A stretch of 64,000 bases of DNA from Alphaproteobacteria bacterium. GTDB taxonomy: Bacteria > Pseudomonadota > Alphaproteobacteria > Bin95. The stretch's first letter is position 1, and each line of letters opens with the position of its first letter. The position numbers and the translations under genes are program-made. The stretch spans positions 1,344,001 to 1,408,000 of the forward strand of contig OZ219787.1 of assembly GCA_964291285.2 (NCBI GenBank), written 5' to 3'. Under the pieces are notes generated by a model. That model ran no database searches, was not told the DNA's origin, and was given only the letters and a program-made list of their open reading frames with translations. Shown here one piece after another: positions 30,618 through 44,517 of the stretch.

Positions 30618-31786
30618 CGGCCTCGGGCGGAGGCCTGTCGGCCGGCCCGCTCCAGCATCCCGCGGCGCTGGCGCTTGCCGGGTGCCTGGCGCTGGCGGTC
30701 GCCATCGGGATCGGGCGGTTCGTCTATACGCCCATCCTGCCGTTCATGACGACGGGGCTCGGGCTCGGCAAACCGGAAGCAGGGCTGATCGCGTCCGCCA
30801 ACTTCCTGGGCTACCTGCTGGGGGCGCTGGCGGCGGCGTGGCGGCCGGTGCCGGGCGATGCGCGGCTCTGGCTGGTCGGCGCGCTGGCGGCGAGCGCAGC
30901 GACGACCGGCGCCATGGGGCTGACGGAAGACCTGGGCGCGTTCCTTGCCCTGCGCTTCGCAAACGGGGCCCTTGCGGCGCTGGTGATGGTGCTGGCCTCC
31001 TCGCTGACGATGGACCGGCTGGCCGCCGCCGGGCGGGCGGTCTGGGCGGCGGGCATCTATGCGGGCGTCGGCGTCGGCATCGCGGTCTCGTCGCTGGCGG
31101 TTCCGCTCGCCGCGCTTGGCGACGGCGATTCGCAAGGCCCCTGGCTCGTCTGCGGGGCGCTCGCGCTCGCGCTGTCGGTTCCCGTCTGGGTTCTCCTGGG
31201 AAGACGGGGGCAGGCGAAACCGGCCGAAGCCGCCGGCCCCGCCGCGGCGGGCGCAAGGGCGGAGAGCTTCGCGCGGTTCGCCGCCGCCTACGGGCTGTTC
31301 GGCTTCGGCTATGTCATTACCGCCACCTTCATCTCCGACATGGTGCGCGCCGACCCGGTGCTGCAGCCGGCGGAAAACCTGGTCTGGTTCTTCGTCGGGC
31401 TGGCGGCGGCGCCGTCGGTGGCGTTCTGGGGCTGGGCGGGACAGCGCTGGGGCAATGAGCGCGCCTTCGCGGCCGCCTGCCTGGTCGAGGCGTTCGGCGT
31501 GCTGCTGAGCGTGCTGGGCGGCGGCATCTGGATGGTGCTGACGGCCGCGGCCCTCCTCGGCGGCACCTTCATGGGCCTGACGGCGCTCGGCTTGGTCAAT
31601 GCGCGGCGCCTCTCGATCGGCGACCCGCGCCGCAACCTCGCGCTGATAACGGCGGCCTTCGGCCTCGGCCAGATGGTCGGGCCGGCGCTCGCGGGCGTCC
31701 TGCACGACTGGACGGGCAGCTACCTCGAACCGTCGCTCATGGCCGCCGCCGTGCTGGCCGCCGCCGCCATGCTGGCCGCACGGTGA
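30614..31786 (+). CDS. MFS transporter (YbfB/YjiJ-like)
   Basis: IGIGRFVYTPILP, ASANFLGYL, FGYVITATF; multiple hydrophobic segments. Confidence 0.85.
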   Translation: MTASGGGLSAGPLQHPAALALAGCLALAVAIGIGRFVYTPILPFMTTGLGLGKPEAGLIASANFLGYLLGALAAAWRPVPGDARLWLVGALAASAATTGAMGLTEDLGAFLALRFANGALAALVMVLASSLTMDRLAAAGRAVWAAGIYAGVGVGIAVSSLAVPLAALGDGDSQGPWLVCGALALALSVPVWVLLGRRGQAKPAEAAGPAAAGARAESFARFAAAYGLFGFGYVITATFISDMVRADPVLQPAENLVWFFVGLAAAPSVAFWGWAGQRWGNERAFAAACLVEAFGVLLSVLGGGIWMVLTAAALLGGTFMGLTALGLVNARRLSIGDPRRNLALITAAFGLGQMVGPALAGVLHDWTGSYLEPSLMAAAVLAAAAMLAAR

Positions 31787-31796
31787 GTGCGGAAGC

Positions 31797-32549
31797 TCAG
31801 GCGAGATATTGTCCGCCGTTGATATGGACGGTCTGCCCGGTGATGCGCCGCGCGGCGGCGGAGGCGAGGAAGACCGCCAGTTCAGCCACGTCTTCGGGCA
31901 AGGTCAGCCCTTTCAGCGGAATGAGGCCGGCCGCCTCGGCAATCTCGTCCTCGGTCATCCCGTAGCGCGGCTGCGCGGTGTCCGCCAGGCCCGGCGCGAT
32001 GGCGTTGACGCGGATGCCGTGGGGTGCGAGCCCCAGCGCGGTGGCGCGCGTCAGGCCGACGAGGCCGGCCTTCGAGGCGGCGTAATGCGCCCCGCGCGGA
32101 GACGAGGTGAACGCCGACCGCGACGAGATGTTCACGATGGCGCCCTCCCGGCCGGCAGCGGCCATGCGCCGCGCCGCGGCCGACGAACAGAGGAACGGCC
32201 CCTTCAGGTTCACCCCGAGGAGGCTGTCCCAGTCGGCTTCCGTCATGTCGAGAAAGGCCGTGCGCGGGAAGATCGCGGCATTGTTCACGAGAATATCGAC
32301 GCCGCCGAGGCCGTCGCCCGCCGCCATGAGGCGCTCGACCTCCTCCGGCTGCGAAATGTCGGCCTGCACGGCCACCGCATCCGCGCCGGCCGCCTGCGCC
32401 GATGCAGCGACCTCGGCGGCGGCCTCTTCATCGTCGAGATAGTTGACGATGACGGACGCGCCCGCTTCGGCCGCAGCCCGTGCAATGGCGGCTCCGATGC
32501 CCTGTTGCGCGCCCGTGACGACGGCAACCCTGCCTGCAAGAGCGCCCAT
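31797..32549 (-). CDS. Short-chain dehydrogenase/reductase (FabG-like)
   Basis: TGAQQGIG, NNAA, YAASK, NAIAPG. Confidence 0.9.
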   Translation of the reverse strand: MGALAGRVAVVTGAQQGIGAAIARAAAEAGASVIVNYLDDEEAAAEVAASAQAAGADAVAVQADISQPEEVERLMAAGDGLGGVDILVNNAAIFPRTAFLDMTEADWDSLLGVNLKGPFLCSSAAARRMAAAGREGAIVNISSRSAFTSSPRGAHYAASKAGLVGLTRATALGLAPHGIRVNAIAPGLADTAQPRYGMTEDEIAEAAGLIPLKGLTLPEDVAELAVFLASAAARRITGQTVHINGGQYLA

Positions 32550-32823
32550 CTGTCGAACCCTCCTGATTGCCCCCAATGTTGCGGGATATTTTGAACCTTC
32601 TATACGGACTTGATTTTACTGGTTTTTTCTGGCCTCAGGCAAATCAAGCCTGTTTCCAGATAGCGGCCCGAGACCGGATCGATCCGAAAAGAGGCGTTGC
32701 CGGCTCGCGCATGCCGACAAACGGTCCATCGCCCGAAGGTATCCGTTCGGGTTCCGGGGGATGGTATGCCTCCACGGATTTTCTGACTGGTAACTACTTC
32801 GCGCATGCGCTACGGTCTCGCGC

Positions 32824-34980
32824 ATGGCGGTTTTCGACGCGGATTTCTGCACCGACCTGACGCTGGCCGAGGGGGACGACACCTTGTGGTCGCCTCCCAT
32901 GGTGATGCCGGCGTGCGAGCCGCTCGACTGGGCGTCTGTGCTTGAAGAGGCAGAGGCGCGGATCGAGGAGGAACGGGGGCGCGCACGCGTGGCGGAGTTG
33001 CGCCGCGAGGAACTGCGCTGGTCGGAGAGGGACGCCTGTACGCGCGTGCGTTCTCTGGAGAGGCAGCTTGAGACTTGCCGGTTCAAGCTCAAGTTGGCCG
33101 TAACCAAGACCGCGTCGCGGGCCATGAAGGCGTTGGAGCGCAGGGTCGAGTATCAGGACGACGAGATCGTCGGTCTTTACCTCTCGTTGCGCCGGTCTCA
33201 CGAGCACCGGGAGCGGGTCGAGGCGCGCCACCGGGACGAGATCAACTGGTTGAAGCAGGACATCGACCGGGAGCGCTCGCGGCTCGCGAAGGTGCACCGC
33301 GAGGGCGAGCGTGTGGCCGAATCTCTGCGCGGGCGGTTCGACCGGCATCTCGCGGCGGCCAGGCGGCTGGTGGAGGCCCGGGAGGGCACGATCGCGTGGC
33401 TGCGCGCGCAACGACCGGCTGCGGGCGGCGGTCGTGCGGGCCACGGAGCTGATCGGGTCGCTGCGGGAGAAGAATGCCGGGCTGCGCGCCGAGGTGCGGG
33501 ATCTGAAGGGCGAGAACGCCGCGCTGGCCGTGCGGGTCGAGAAGCTGGAAGGCGACCTCGACAAGCTGCGCTCGACCCGCAGCGTCCTGTCGAAGGCGCT
33601 CTACGGCAGCAGGAGCGAGCGGCAGAAGAAGCCGGGCGCGAGCGCGGCCAGCAGCGCGGCGCCGCCGGGCACGGCCGCACCCGGCGCCCCGGGCTCAGGA
33701 AGAAGAAGGAGACGCGCGACCCGCCGGAAGATGCGCGGATCTGCCCGCGTTGCGGCAAGCCCTATGTCGCCAACGGCGAGCGGCGCACCACCCTCTTCGA
33801 GATCGATGTCGAGGCCTGCGAGCGCACCATCGTCCGGTCGCGCTGGCGCCGGGCTTGCGACTGCGCCTCCGCGCCGCGGGAGGTGGCCGCGCCGCCGGCG
33901 GTGCGACTGTTCGAGACCACGCCTTACGGGATCAGCGTCTGGACGTGCATGCTCTACGAACGGTTCGTCTGCTGCCGGCCGCTGCATCGGGTCGCGGCCT
34001 GGCTGGCCGACATGGGGCTGACGATCTCGCCGGGCACCCTGGCCGACAGCATCAAGCGCTTCGTGCCGCTGTTCGAGCCGCTGGCCGAGGCGATCCTTGC
34101 GCACCAGAACACCGCGGCCCTGCGCCATGCCGACGAAACATCCTGGCGCGTTCAGGCCTGGCGCGAGAAAGGCCGGTCGAGCCGCGCCTGGCTGTGGACC
34201 TCGGTGAGCCCGGACGCGGTCTATTACCACATCGATCCCTCGCGCAGCGCCGAGGTCGCGATGAAGCTGTTCGGTTCGACACAGGGCATCGTGGTTCTGG
34301 TCTGCGACCGGTTCAGCGCCTACAGAAAGCTGGCCCGCGAACTCGCCGGCAAGGTGATCCTGCAATGGTGCTGGGCGCACCAAAGGCGCTCGTTCATCGA
34401 CGGCGCGGCCGGGCGGGTGCGGCTCAGGCGCTGGTGCCAGAGATGGATCGAGCGGATCGCGGAGATCTACCGGCTCAACGAGGCGCGGCTGGAGCATTAC
34501 GACCCCGCTCACCCTCTCGAACGCCAGACGCCGGCGTTCGACGTCGCGCACGCCAGGCTGAAGAAGGCGGTCGACGAGCTGTTCGCGACCGCCGAAGCGG
34601 AACTGGCCGGGCTGACGGACAGGGCGCGCAGGGCCAGGCCGCTGCGCTCGCTCCTCAAGCACCGCGAGGGGCTGTGCGTCTTCGTCGACAAGCCGTTCGT
34701 GCCCATGGACAACAACCGCGGCGAACTCTCCCTGCGCTTCGCGGTCATCGGGCGACGGCTCTCGTTCGGCTCCGACAGCGAGAAAGGCGCCGGGTTCACG
34801 GCAACGATGTACTCGGTGGCCGGCACGCTGGCGATCAACGGCATCGACGTCCGGCGCTGGCTCGGTGAATGGCTGACCGCGTGCGCGGAGAACGGCGGCG
34901 AGCCGCCGGAAGACCTCTCGCCCTGGCTGCCGTGGTCGATGAGCGAGGCGCGCCGGCGCGAACTCGCGGCGGCGGGATGA
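32824..34980 (+). CDS. IS66 TnpC-like transposase with long coiled-coil N-terminus (two compensating frameshifts ~33410 and ~33640)
   Basis: CPRCG, HADETSW, CDRFSAY, CWAHQRR, DNNRGE; LYGSRSER segment lies in an alternate frame. Confidence 0.82.
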   Translation: MAVFDADFCTDLTLAEGDDTLWSPPMVMPACEPLDWASVLEEAEARIEEERGRARVAELRREELRWSERDACTRVRSLERQLETCRFKLKLAVTKTASRAMKALERRVEYQDDEIVGLYLSLRRSHEHRERVEARHRDEINWLKQDIDRERSRLAKVHREGERVAESLRGRFDRHLAAARRLVEAREGTIAWLRAQRPAAGGGRAGHGADRVAAGEECRAARRGAGSEGRERRAGRAGREAGRRPRQAALDPQRPVEGALRQQERAAEEAGRERGQQRGAAGHGRTRRPGLRKKKETRDPPEDARICPRCGKPYVANGERRTTLFEIDVEACERTIVRSRWRRACDCASAPREVAAPPAVRLFETTPYGISVWTCMLYERFVCCRPLHRVAAWLADMGLTISPGTLADSIKRFVPLFEPLAEAILAHQNTAALRHADETSWRVQAWREKGRSSRAWLWTSVSPDAVYYHIDPSRSAEVAMKLFGSTQGIVVLVCDRFSAYRKLARELAGKVILQWCWAHQRRSFIDGAAGRVRLRRWCQRWIERIAEIYRLNEARLEHYDPAHPLERQTPAFDVAHARLKKAVDELFATAEAELAGLTDRARRARPLRSLLKHREGLCVFVDKPFVPMDNNRGELSLRFAVIGRRLSFGSDSEKGAGFTATMYSVAGTLAINGIDVRRWLGEWLTACAENGGEPPEDLSPWLPWSMSEARRRELAAAG

Positions 34981-35858
34981 CCGGCGCGGTCGAGTGTCGC
35001 TATTACGGGCGCGACTTCACCGAAGATGAAATGGCGCTGCTGCGTGCCCTGATCGCCGATCCCGCCCCGCTCTCCCGCCGCGCCCTGTCGATCGAGTTCT
35101 GCCGGCGCATCGGCTGGCTCAAGCCCGACGGCGGACTGAAGGACATGATGGCCCGTGTCGCCATGCTCGCCATGCACAAGGACGGGCTCATCGAGCTGCC
35201 GCCGCCGAGGGGGCGGCAGCACCGGCCCAGGCCGGTCCAGTTCGGACCCGACACCGAACCGCCGCTGTTCCCGGCGCCCACGACCCTCGACGAGGTCCGC
35301 CCGCTCGACTTCCGCACCGTCGTGCACAGCACCCGCGAAGGCAGGCTCTGGAACGAGTTCATCGCCCGCTACCACTATCTCGGACACAAGACACTGGTCG
35401 GCGCCCAGATGCGCTATGCCGTCCACGACCGCAACGGCTGGCCCGTCGCCATGCTCGGCTTCTCCACCGCCGCATGGAAGCTCGCCCCGCGCGACCGCTT
35501 CATCGGATGGACGCCCGAACTGCGCGAAAAGAACCTTCCTCTCGTCGTCGACAACCCGCGCTTCCTGATCCTGCCCTGGATCGAGATCCCCAACCTCGGC
35601 TCGCACATCCTCGCCATCGTGCGCCGCCGCCTGCCCATCGACTGGACCGGGCGCTACAACATCACGCCGGTGCTCATCGAGACCTTCGTCGAAACGCCCC
35701 GCTACACCGGTGCCGTATACCGCGCATCGGGCTGGACCCGCGTCGGGACCACCCAGGGCCGGGGACGCTACGACAGGCACAACAAACGAGACCAGCCGAA
35801 AAAGGACATCTGGCTCCGCACACTGCGAAAAGACTGGCAACGCACCCTCAATCGGTAG
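34977..35858 (+). CDS. DUF4338 (DruA-like) domain protein
   Basis: RYYGRDFT, YHYLGH, RDRFIGW, NPRFLILPW, NLGSHIL, ETFVE, YRASGW, GTTQGRG. Confidence 0.8.
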   Translation: MTGAVECRYYGRDFTEDEMALLRALIADPAPLSRRALSIEFCRRIGWLKPDGGLKDMMARVAMLAMHKDGLIELPPPRGRQHRPRPVQFGPDTEPPLFPAPTTLDEVRPLDFRTVVHSTREGRLWNEFIARYHYLGHKTLVGAQMRYAVHDRNGWPVAMLGFSTAAWKLAPRDRFIGWTPELREKNLPLVVDNPRFLILPWIEIPNLGSHILAIVRRRLPIDWTGRYNITPVLIETFVETPRYTGAVYRASGWTRVGTTQGRGRYDRHNKRDQPKKDIWLRTLRKDWQRTLNR

Positions 35859-35937
35859 AAGCACAACCGTCGCCCCGGTGTGAAAATGCCGACAAGCGGA
35901 TAACCCAATCCTCATCCCCAGGAACCCGAACGGATAC

Positions 35938-36504
35938 GTCGAAGGTGATGTGCCCGGACGACTCGCCTTGCGGCGCATGGACCAGACGGATGCGCTCGTC
36001 GGTGCAGAGCAGGCCCGTCGGAACGCCGGTTTCCCGCAGCAACCGTTCGAACCGGGCATGACGGCTCGCATTCCAGCCGGCATCGTCGGGCGGTTGGTCG
36101 AAATCGGCGCCCTCGTCCTCCCTCCGGACGAGCATCGTCCATTCTGCGTCCGCGTCCCGATCGCCCGGTACCGCCCAGGTGGGGGCGAGCATGACCTGCA
36201 ACTCCGGCAAGGCAATCTCGAGCGTCTCGCGATGATCGGACGCACTCACGAGATCGCCGTCCTCCCAGCCCAACCAATCCGTGAACACCCGGCGCAGATC
36301 GGGCGCTCGCCAGCGGACCGTGGCGCCCTCCCCATCCTCCTCGAGCAGTGCGCGAAAGTCGCGCTGGCGCCCCGAGACATTGCGGTCGGGGACCACCTGG
36401 GCGTCGACCATGACGGTCGGCGCGACGACGAGGCCCACCGGCTGAACGAAACCGAGCCATTCCTGATGGGCGAAGATCAGTTTGCCGCGTTCGCGATCCG
36501 CCAT
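35938..36504 (-). pseudogene. 5' fragment of a DISARM DrmMI-like / type IIG restriction-methylase, truncated by IS66
   Basis: HQEWLGFVQPVGLVV, FERLLRETGVPTGLL, RLVHAPQGESSG; directly follows drmD. Confidence 0.65.
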
Positions 36505-36507
36505 GGT

Positions 36508-38887
36508 CTACCCCGTTCGCGGCCAGAGGTAGACGAGACCGAGCGGATCGACACGGACGGCGCGCACCTTGTACGCATCCGCGATCCGGGCCGGCTCGGT
36601 CTCAAGCTCGGTCTCGATGGCTTCCAGGCGCCGCGTCCAGGCCCGGCGGTCGGCTTCGCGCTGGCGCCGTTCGGCCTCGTCGAAATCGAACATCATCTGC
36701 CGGTCTTCCCTGCCGGCCGCCTCGGCGATCCTCCTGCGCTGGCGCTTGAGCAAATCGATCATGCTGTACTGTTCGGTTTTCGACCGTTGGGCAAGCCGTT
36801 CCTTCGCAAGCTCCGCGAAGTCGTCTGGCGGCGCTCCAGATGCGGAAGCAGATCGGCGATATCGGTTGGCGCCGAAGCCGCGAGACGCGTCCGGACCGGA
36901 TCGGGCACGCTGTTCCGCCCGGCTTCGTCGAGCGCCGTCTGCAAGGAAGCCAGGGTCGTCTGCTCGCCGGCCCGGCCGTAAGGCGCAAGTGCGTTCTGTC
37001 GCTGCACGGGATCGATCCAGCGCGCCGTCACCGGCACGATCTCCTCGTGCAGGCGTGCGGCGCATGGTCCGTAGACGGCGAGCCGGCCGAGCAGCACAAC
37101 GCGCGGGATTGCATTCGGGGCGACCGTAAGACAGGCCTTGGACAAGTCGTGGTGGATCAGGCCCTGCGCGGCGAACCGGCCAAGCAGGCGCCGGACCACA
37201 CGGTGTTCGAGATGCAGGTGCACGGCGTTTTCGCCAAGACGTCCGGTGTCTTCGAAAGCCACGGGCCGGATGGCCGCCCGACGGCGCCACGCGCCCAGGG
37301 ACTCGCCGCTCTGCCGTCGCGCGCGCAGAGAATCAAGTGCTGCGGTCCAGCCGGGATCGCTCGCAAGCGCACGGTCGGCGGCGGGAAAGACGAAGCGGCG
37401 CGGAGCGTCAGACACCGGCTTCTCCTGCCCGTCGGTCTCGGCGATTGCGGGAGCCCCGGCGAGCTCCAGGCTCATCGACAGGGCCTGACGGAACTGCGGC
37501 GCGGTAAGACCGATATGGGTGCGCGACCGCTCCAGGCGGGTGCGCAGGCTATCCACGTCCTCGCGCAGCCTGTCCTGGCGCAGACGCGCGTCCTCGAGCT
37601 CGTCCTCGACGGTGCGCCGCCGTTCTCCGGCCGACAGGTCCCGGATGGAGGCTGCGAGACCATCGATCCCGTCGCGGCGCATGCCTTCCTTGCCGATGGT
37701 CCGTGCAATGCGCGCTTCGAGCACCTTCGCGGCGCTGCCAAGCTCCTCGCGAATGCGTTCCACCTTGTTCACCAGCACCTGCAGGACACGGTCTTCCGGC
37801 CGTTGGACAAAGACGAAGTACCGGCAGAACACTTCGTCGGCGGGCTGCAGCTTGCGATCGATGCGGCCGTTGCGCTGGTCGAGACGGCTCGGGTTCCAGG
37901 GCAGGTCGAAGTGAAACAGATCATGACAGTGGCGCTGCAGATTGAGGCCCTCCCGTGCCGCGTCGGTGGCGATGAGAATGCGCAACGGGTGGTCGCCCGG
38001 CTCGGCATTGAAGGCGTGCTTGACGTTTTCCCGCCTGTGCCGGGAGGTCGTCCCCGTGAAGGTCGCGATCCGTTCGCCCGCCTTGTCAGAATGCGCGATG
38101 GCCTCGTTCAGGCAGCGCTCGAGCCAACGGCGCGTGTCCTCGTATTCGGTGAAGATGAGGAGGCGGCGCTCGTTCCACTGCGGAGGCCCGGCCCCGAGCG
38201 CGGATCGAACCGGGCACATGTTGGCGTCGACCCACTCGATGATCCTGTGTACGCGCGGGTCGGCGTCATGGCGTCTTGCCTCGGCGACCTCGCGCATCTC
38301 GTCGACGAGCGCGAGTTCGCGCATCAATGCGGTCCGTGCTTCCGCGCGTCGGCTGTCGGTCGATAGCGCTGTCGCCGCCGCCATCAGCTCGGCGAAGTCG
38401 AGTTCCGAAGGATCGGATCGTTCCGGATCGTCGGGCGCTTCGGCTTCGATATCGCCGTCACCACCGGTTGTGCCGTCGCCCGTTTCCTCGCCGACGATCA
38501 GCCGTTCGAAGTCGGCCTGCAAGTCGTTGGAAACCGCGATGGCTTCGGTGGATCGCTCCAGCGCGCGTTCCACGCTCCTGCGATGTACCGCGAGCGTCTT
38601 CGCGAAGGCCTCGATGGACGACAGCAGACGCTTTTGCAGCCCGCCGATCACCAGCGCGCCCGCAGCCTGCTTGGATCGTGTCTCGTCCTTCAGACGCTTT
38701 TCCCGCTCGGCCCGGTAGGCGTCGAGCATTCCTGGCAGGACGAGTTCGGGCGCGACCGGCGGCAGACCGTCGATCTTGACCGGAACCACGGTACGCCTGG
38801 GAAAGCCGCCTTCGAGATCCCGGATATCGGACTTGAGGCGGCGGACCAGCACTTCGTCGAGTTGTCCCTTCAGCACACGGACCCCCC
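36508..38887 (-). pseudogene. drmD: DISARM SNF2-like helicase DrmD, 5'-truncated and frameshifted near 36830
   Basis: VRRLKSDI, IFTEYEDT, ATDAAREGLNLQ, DLPWNPSRLDQRNGRIDR, C-terminal DPLGLVYLWP in second frame. Confidence 0.72.
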
Positions 38888-39002
38888 ACCTTTGGTGCTA
38901 ACCATCTGACATGATTGTGGATTTTCTCCGTTTCCGGTGCAACCGGGCGCGGCATCGAACCCGGTCTTGCACGGGAGTGCAACAGATCGGGGAGCCGCAA
39001 TC

Positions 39003-40130
39003 TTGGCAGCCATCCGCCTCACCCAGCGCCGGGTCGATACCCTCCGGCCCCGCAAGTCCGTCCGCAATGTCCGGGACGCCGGACTGAAGGGCTACGGCGT
39101 GCGCGTCATGCCTTCGGGCGCGAAGCGCTACTTCATCCACAGCCAGCACCGGGGCCACCGGGTCTGGAAGATCGTCGGCGACGCGGCGGTCATGACCGAG
39201 GCCGACGCGCGCGCCCGCGCCCGGTCCATGCTGGCCGCTCTCCGCGACGACAGGGACATCGAAGCGGAAGCGTCCGGGGCCGCGCTGTTCGAGACCGTCG
39301 CCGAGGAGGTCTTCACGCGCTACGGCAGGCGCTGGAAGCCGCGCACGCTCGCCGTCAACCGCTGCTATCTCCACAACCAGATCCTGCCCTTCTTCGCGGG
39401 CCGACCGATCGCGGAGATCGACCGCGAGGAGGTGCAGCATTGGTTCCGCTCGCTGCATGCCACCCCGGCGGCGGCGAACCGGTCGGCGCCGATCCTGTCC
39501 GTCATCATGCAGCAGGCCGAAGCCTGGGGGTATCGCCCCGATGGCGGCAATCCCTGCAAGGGCATCCGGCGCTACCGGCAGAAGCGGTCGGAGCGCTTCC
39601 TGTCCCCGGAGGAATACCGCCGCCTCGGCAGGGCGCTGGACCGCCATGAGGCCCGGCAGCCCTTCCGGGTCGCGGCGCTCCGCCTGCTTCTGCTGACCGG
39701 CTGCCGCAAGTCGGAGATCGTCACCCTGGAATGGCGCTTCTACCGCGATGGCAGGCTCTACCTGGTTGATTCCAAAACCGGTCCCCGCACGGTCTGGCTT
39801 TGCGAGGCGGCGCGGGAGGTCCTCGACGGGCTGCCGCGTTCGTCGCGTTTCGTGTTCCCCATCGGAGACCGTCGCACGCCCTGGAGCTGGCTGGACGCCT
39901 TCTGGATGCAGTTGCGCGCCGAGGCGGGCCTCGAGGACATGCGCCTGCATGACATGCGCCACAGCTACGCCAGCATGGCGCTGTCGGGCGGCGAGACGAT
40001 CCGCACGGTGGGCCGGCTGCTGGGCCATGAGAAAGCGGCGACCACGCTGAAATACGCGCATCTCTCCGACGCGACGGTCAGGGAGACGGTCGAGGCGCTG
40101 GCGCCACTGCTCTCGGGAGCACAGTCGTGA
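39003..40130 (+). CDS. Tyrosine recombinase/integrase (arm-binding type)
   Basis: GYGVRV, TGCRKSE, SKTG, HDMRH, LLGH, KYAH. Confidence 0.92.
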   Translation: MAAIRLTQRRVDTLRPRKSVRNVRDAGLKGYGVRVMPSGAKRYFIHSQHRGHRVWKIVGDAAVMTEADARARARSMLAALRDDRDIEAEASGAALFETVAEEVFTRYGRRWKPRTLAVNRCYLHNQILPFFAGRPIAEIDREEVQHWFRSLHATPAAANRSAPILSVIMQQAEAWGYRPDGGNPCKGIRRYRQKRSERFLSPEEYRRLGRALDRHEARQPFRVAALRLLLLTGCRKSEIVTLEWRFYRDGRLYLVDSKTGPRTVWLCEAAREVLDGLPRSSRFVFPIGDRRTPWSWLDAFWMQLRAEAGLEDMRLHDMRHSYASMALSGGETIRTVGRLLGHEKAATTLKYAHLSDATVRETVEALAPLLSGAQS

Positions 40131-41241
40131 CGGGCAGGGCAAGGAAGGTCCGCCTGACGGATGCAGGCGTCGCAAGATTGAAGCCCGGCAGCACCGAATA
40201 CATCGTCAGGGACATTCGGGTTGCCGGTCTGGGCGTGCGGGTCCGTCCGTCCGGACATCGCGGTTTCGTGTGGCACGGGACCGTGAACGGCAGGATGGTG
40301 CGGACGACCGTAGGCGCGGTCGCGCTGATGACGGTGGAGGAAGCCCGGGTCGCATGCCGGGCCCTGCTGGACGGCTCGCATCCGCTCTGCGCCGCAGACC
40401 CTGCCGCCCGGACTGCCGTTCCCCTCTTCCGGGATTTCGTCATGGAGGACTGGTTGCCGGCACGCCGGGGTCATTGCAGCCCGGCCTGGGGCGAGCGCGT
40501 GGAGCATGTGATCCGGCACCGGCTTCTGCCCGCCTTCGGGGCGCTTCGCCTCGACCGCATCGCCAGGCCCCATGTCGAGCGCTGGTTCGACGCCATGAGC
40601 CGCAAGACGCCGGGCGCCGCCAACATGACGCTCGCCGTGTTGCGCCAGATCGTGACCGCCGCCAGGGCCGCTGGCCATGTCGGCGCCGATCCTGCCGCAG
40701 GCGTCAGGCCGAACCCGGGCCGGAAGATGACCCGCTTCCTGTCCGCAGAAGAGATCGCCAAGCTTCACCGTACCCTGGACCGGCTGGTGCGGGAACGGCC
40801 CTCGCGCCGCCCGCAGGCCGACATCATCCGCCTGCTGCTGCTGACCGGCTGCCGAAAAAGCGAAATCCTGACACTTCGATGGTCGGAGGTCGATGGCGAC
40901 GTGCTCAGGCTGGCGGAGACCAAGACGGGGCCGCGCACGGTATGGCTGAGCGGGGCGGCGCAGGCCGTGATCGTCCGCCAACCGCGAAACGGAAGCGCCT
41001 TCGTGTTTCCCTCGCCCGGAGACCCGGCAAGGCCGCAATCCGGCAATCTCGGCCTCTGGCTCCTGGCAAGGCGGGAAGCGGGCATCAAGGATGTCCGCCT
41101 GCACGATTTGCGCCATACCGTCGCAAGCCAGGCCGTGGCCCGCGGCGTGCCGCTGTGCGGCGCGACAATCAACTTGAGACTTCCGCGTCAATCAGGATGA
41201 GACGAGGGAAGGCGGCGGCCCGGAACGGAGGGAGGGCGTAG

Positions 41242-43691
<2,450 letters not shown>

Positions 43692-44517
43692 CCCGAGGCC
43701 ACCAGCTCGGCCGAACTGCCCTCACACTCACGGCCCGCGGGGATCGCCTCCGCGGGCCGCTTCATCTCCGGCCCACCGGACCGCCGCGACAATCAAAAAT
43801 CCTCGGAACCTGTCGCGCCGCGACAATCAAAACCAAAAACCGCTTGCAATCCCCGCCGCGCGACACAATCCTCTCCCTCGTCGCTGCCGCCGGGAATCTC
43901 ATCCTGATTGACGCGCGGCTCTCATCCAGATTGTCGCGCTATACCGCTGCCCACCGTCGCCCGGATGCTCGGTCATGCGCAGCCGACCATGACGCTCAGA
44001 TACGCCCATGTCGGGGATCATGAGGTCGAGGACGCCGCAGAGCGCATCGGGACGAGAATCGCGGCGGCCATGACAGCGCGCTGAAGACCCCCTTGCCGAA
44101 CATGCGTGGTCTCCCGGGCTGCGGCTGGCTTGACCATGAGGAGGTGGACCGGGCGGCATCGGAGGTAGAAGGCCGGCTGGATTCGCTCGGGTCTCCGGGT
44201 CCGGAGCGGCCGGGTTTCCGCTCCCTCACGCGGTCGAAGGACCCGTATCTGGCGATCCGTCCGGTTACGGATGAGCGTTCGCGCCTCCCGGCCGATCTGA
44301 GGTCGGAGACCGGGGTCGTGGTGAGGCGCGGGAATGAGTAGAAGATGTCGCCATCGGCCTGCGGCCCTTGTTCCCTCCACCGGCGCTGGCGGTGTTGTGT
44401 CTGCCTTGGCGGTTGGGGCGGTTCATCCCCCCCCCCCCCGCGCCAGCGGGGAACGCGCAATGAAGAGCATGAGTTCGGCCAAGGTGGACGGTTCATCCCC
44501 GCGCCAGCGGGGAACGC

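Larger units (their letters stand above)
32739..35937 (+). mobile_element. IS66-like element carrying a DUF4338 (DruA-like) gene
   Basis: 25-bp IRs GTATCCGTTCGGGTTCC(G/T)GGGGATG; no matching 8-bp TSD. Confidence 0.82.

Noticed and set aside
34977-35858. Complete Druantia system
   Set aside because: Only DUF4338-like genes inside IS elements; no DruE helicase or other dru genes
32711-35899. ATGCCGACAA(A/G)CGG direct repeat near both ends of the IS66-like element as TSD or att site
   Set aside because: One copy is outside and the other inside the IRs, so the geometry does not fit a TSD
44358-44386. Additional degenerate CRISPR repeat one period before 44419
   Set aside because: Too little similarity to the repeat
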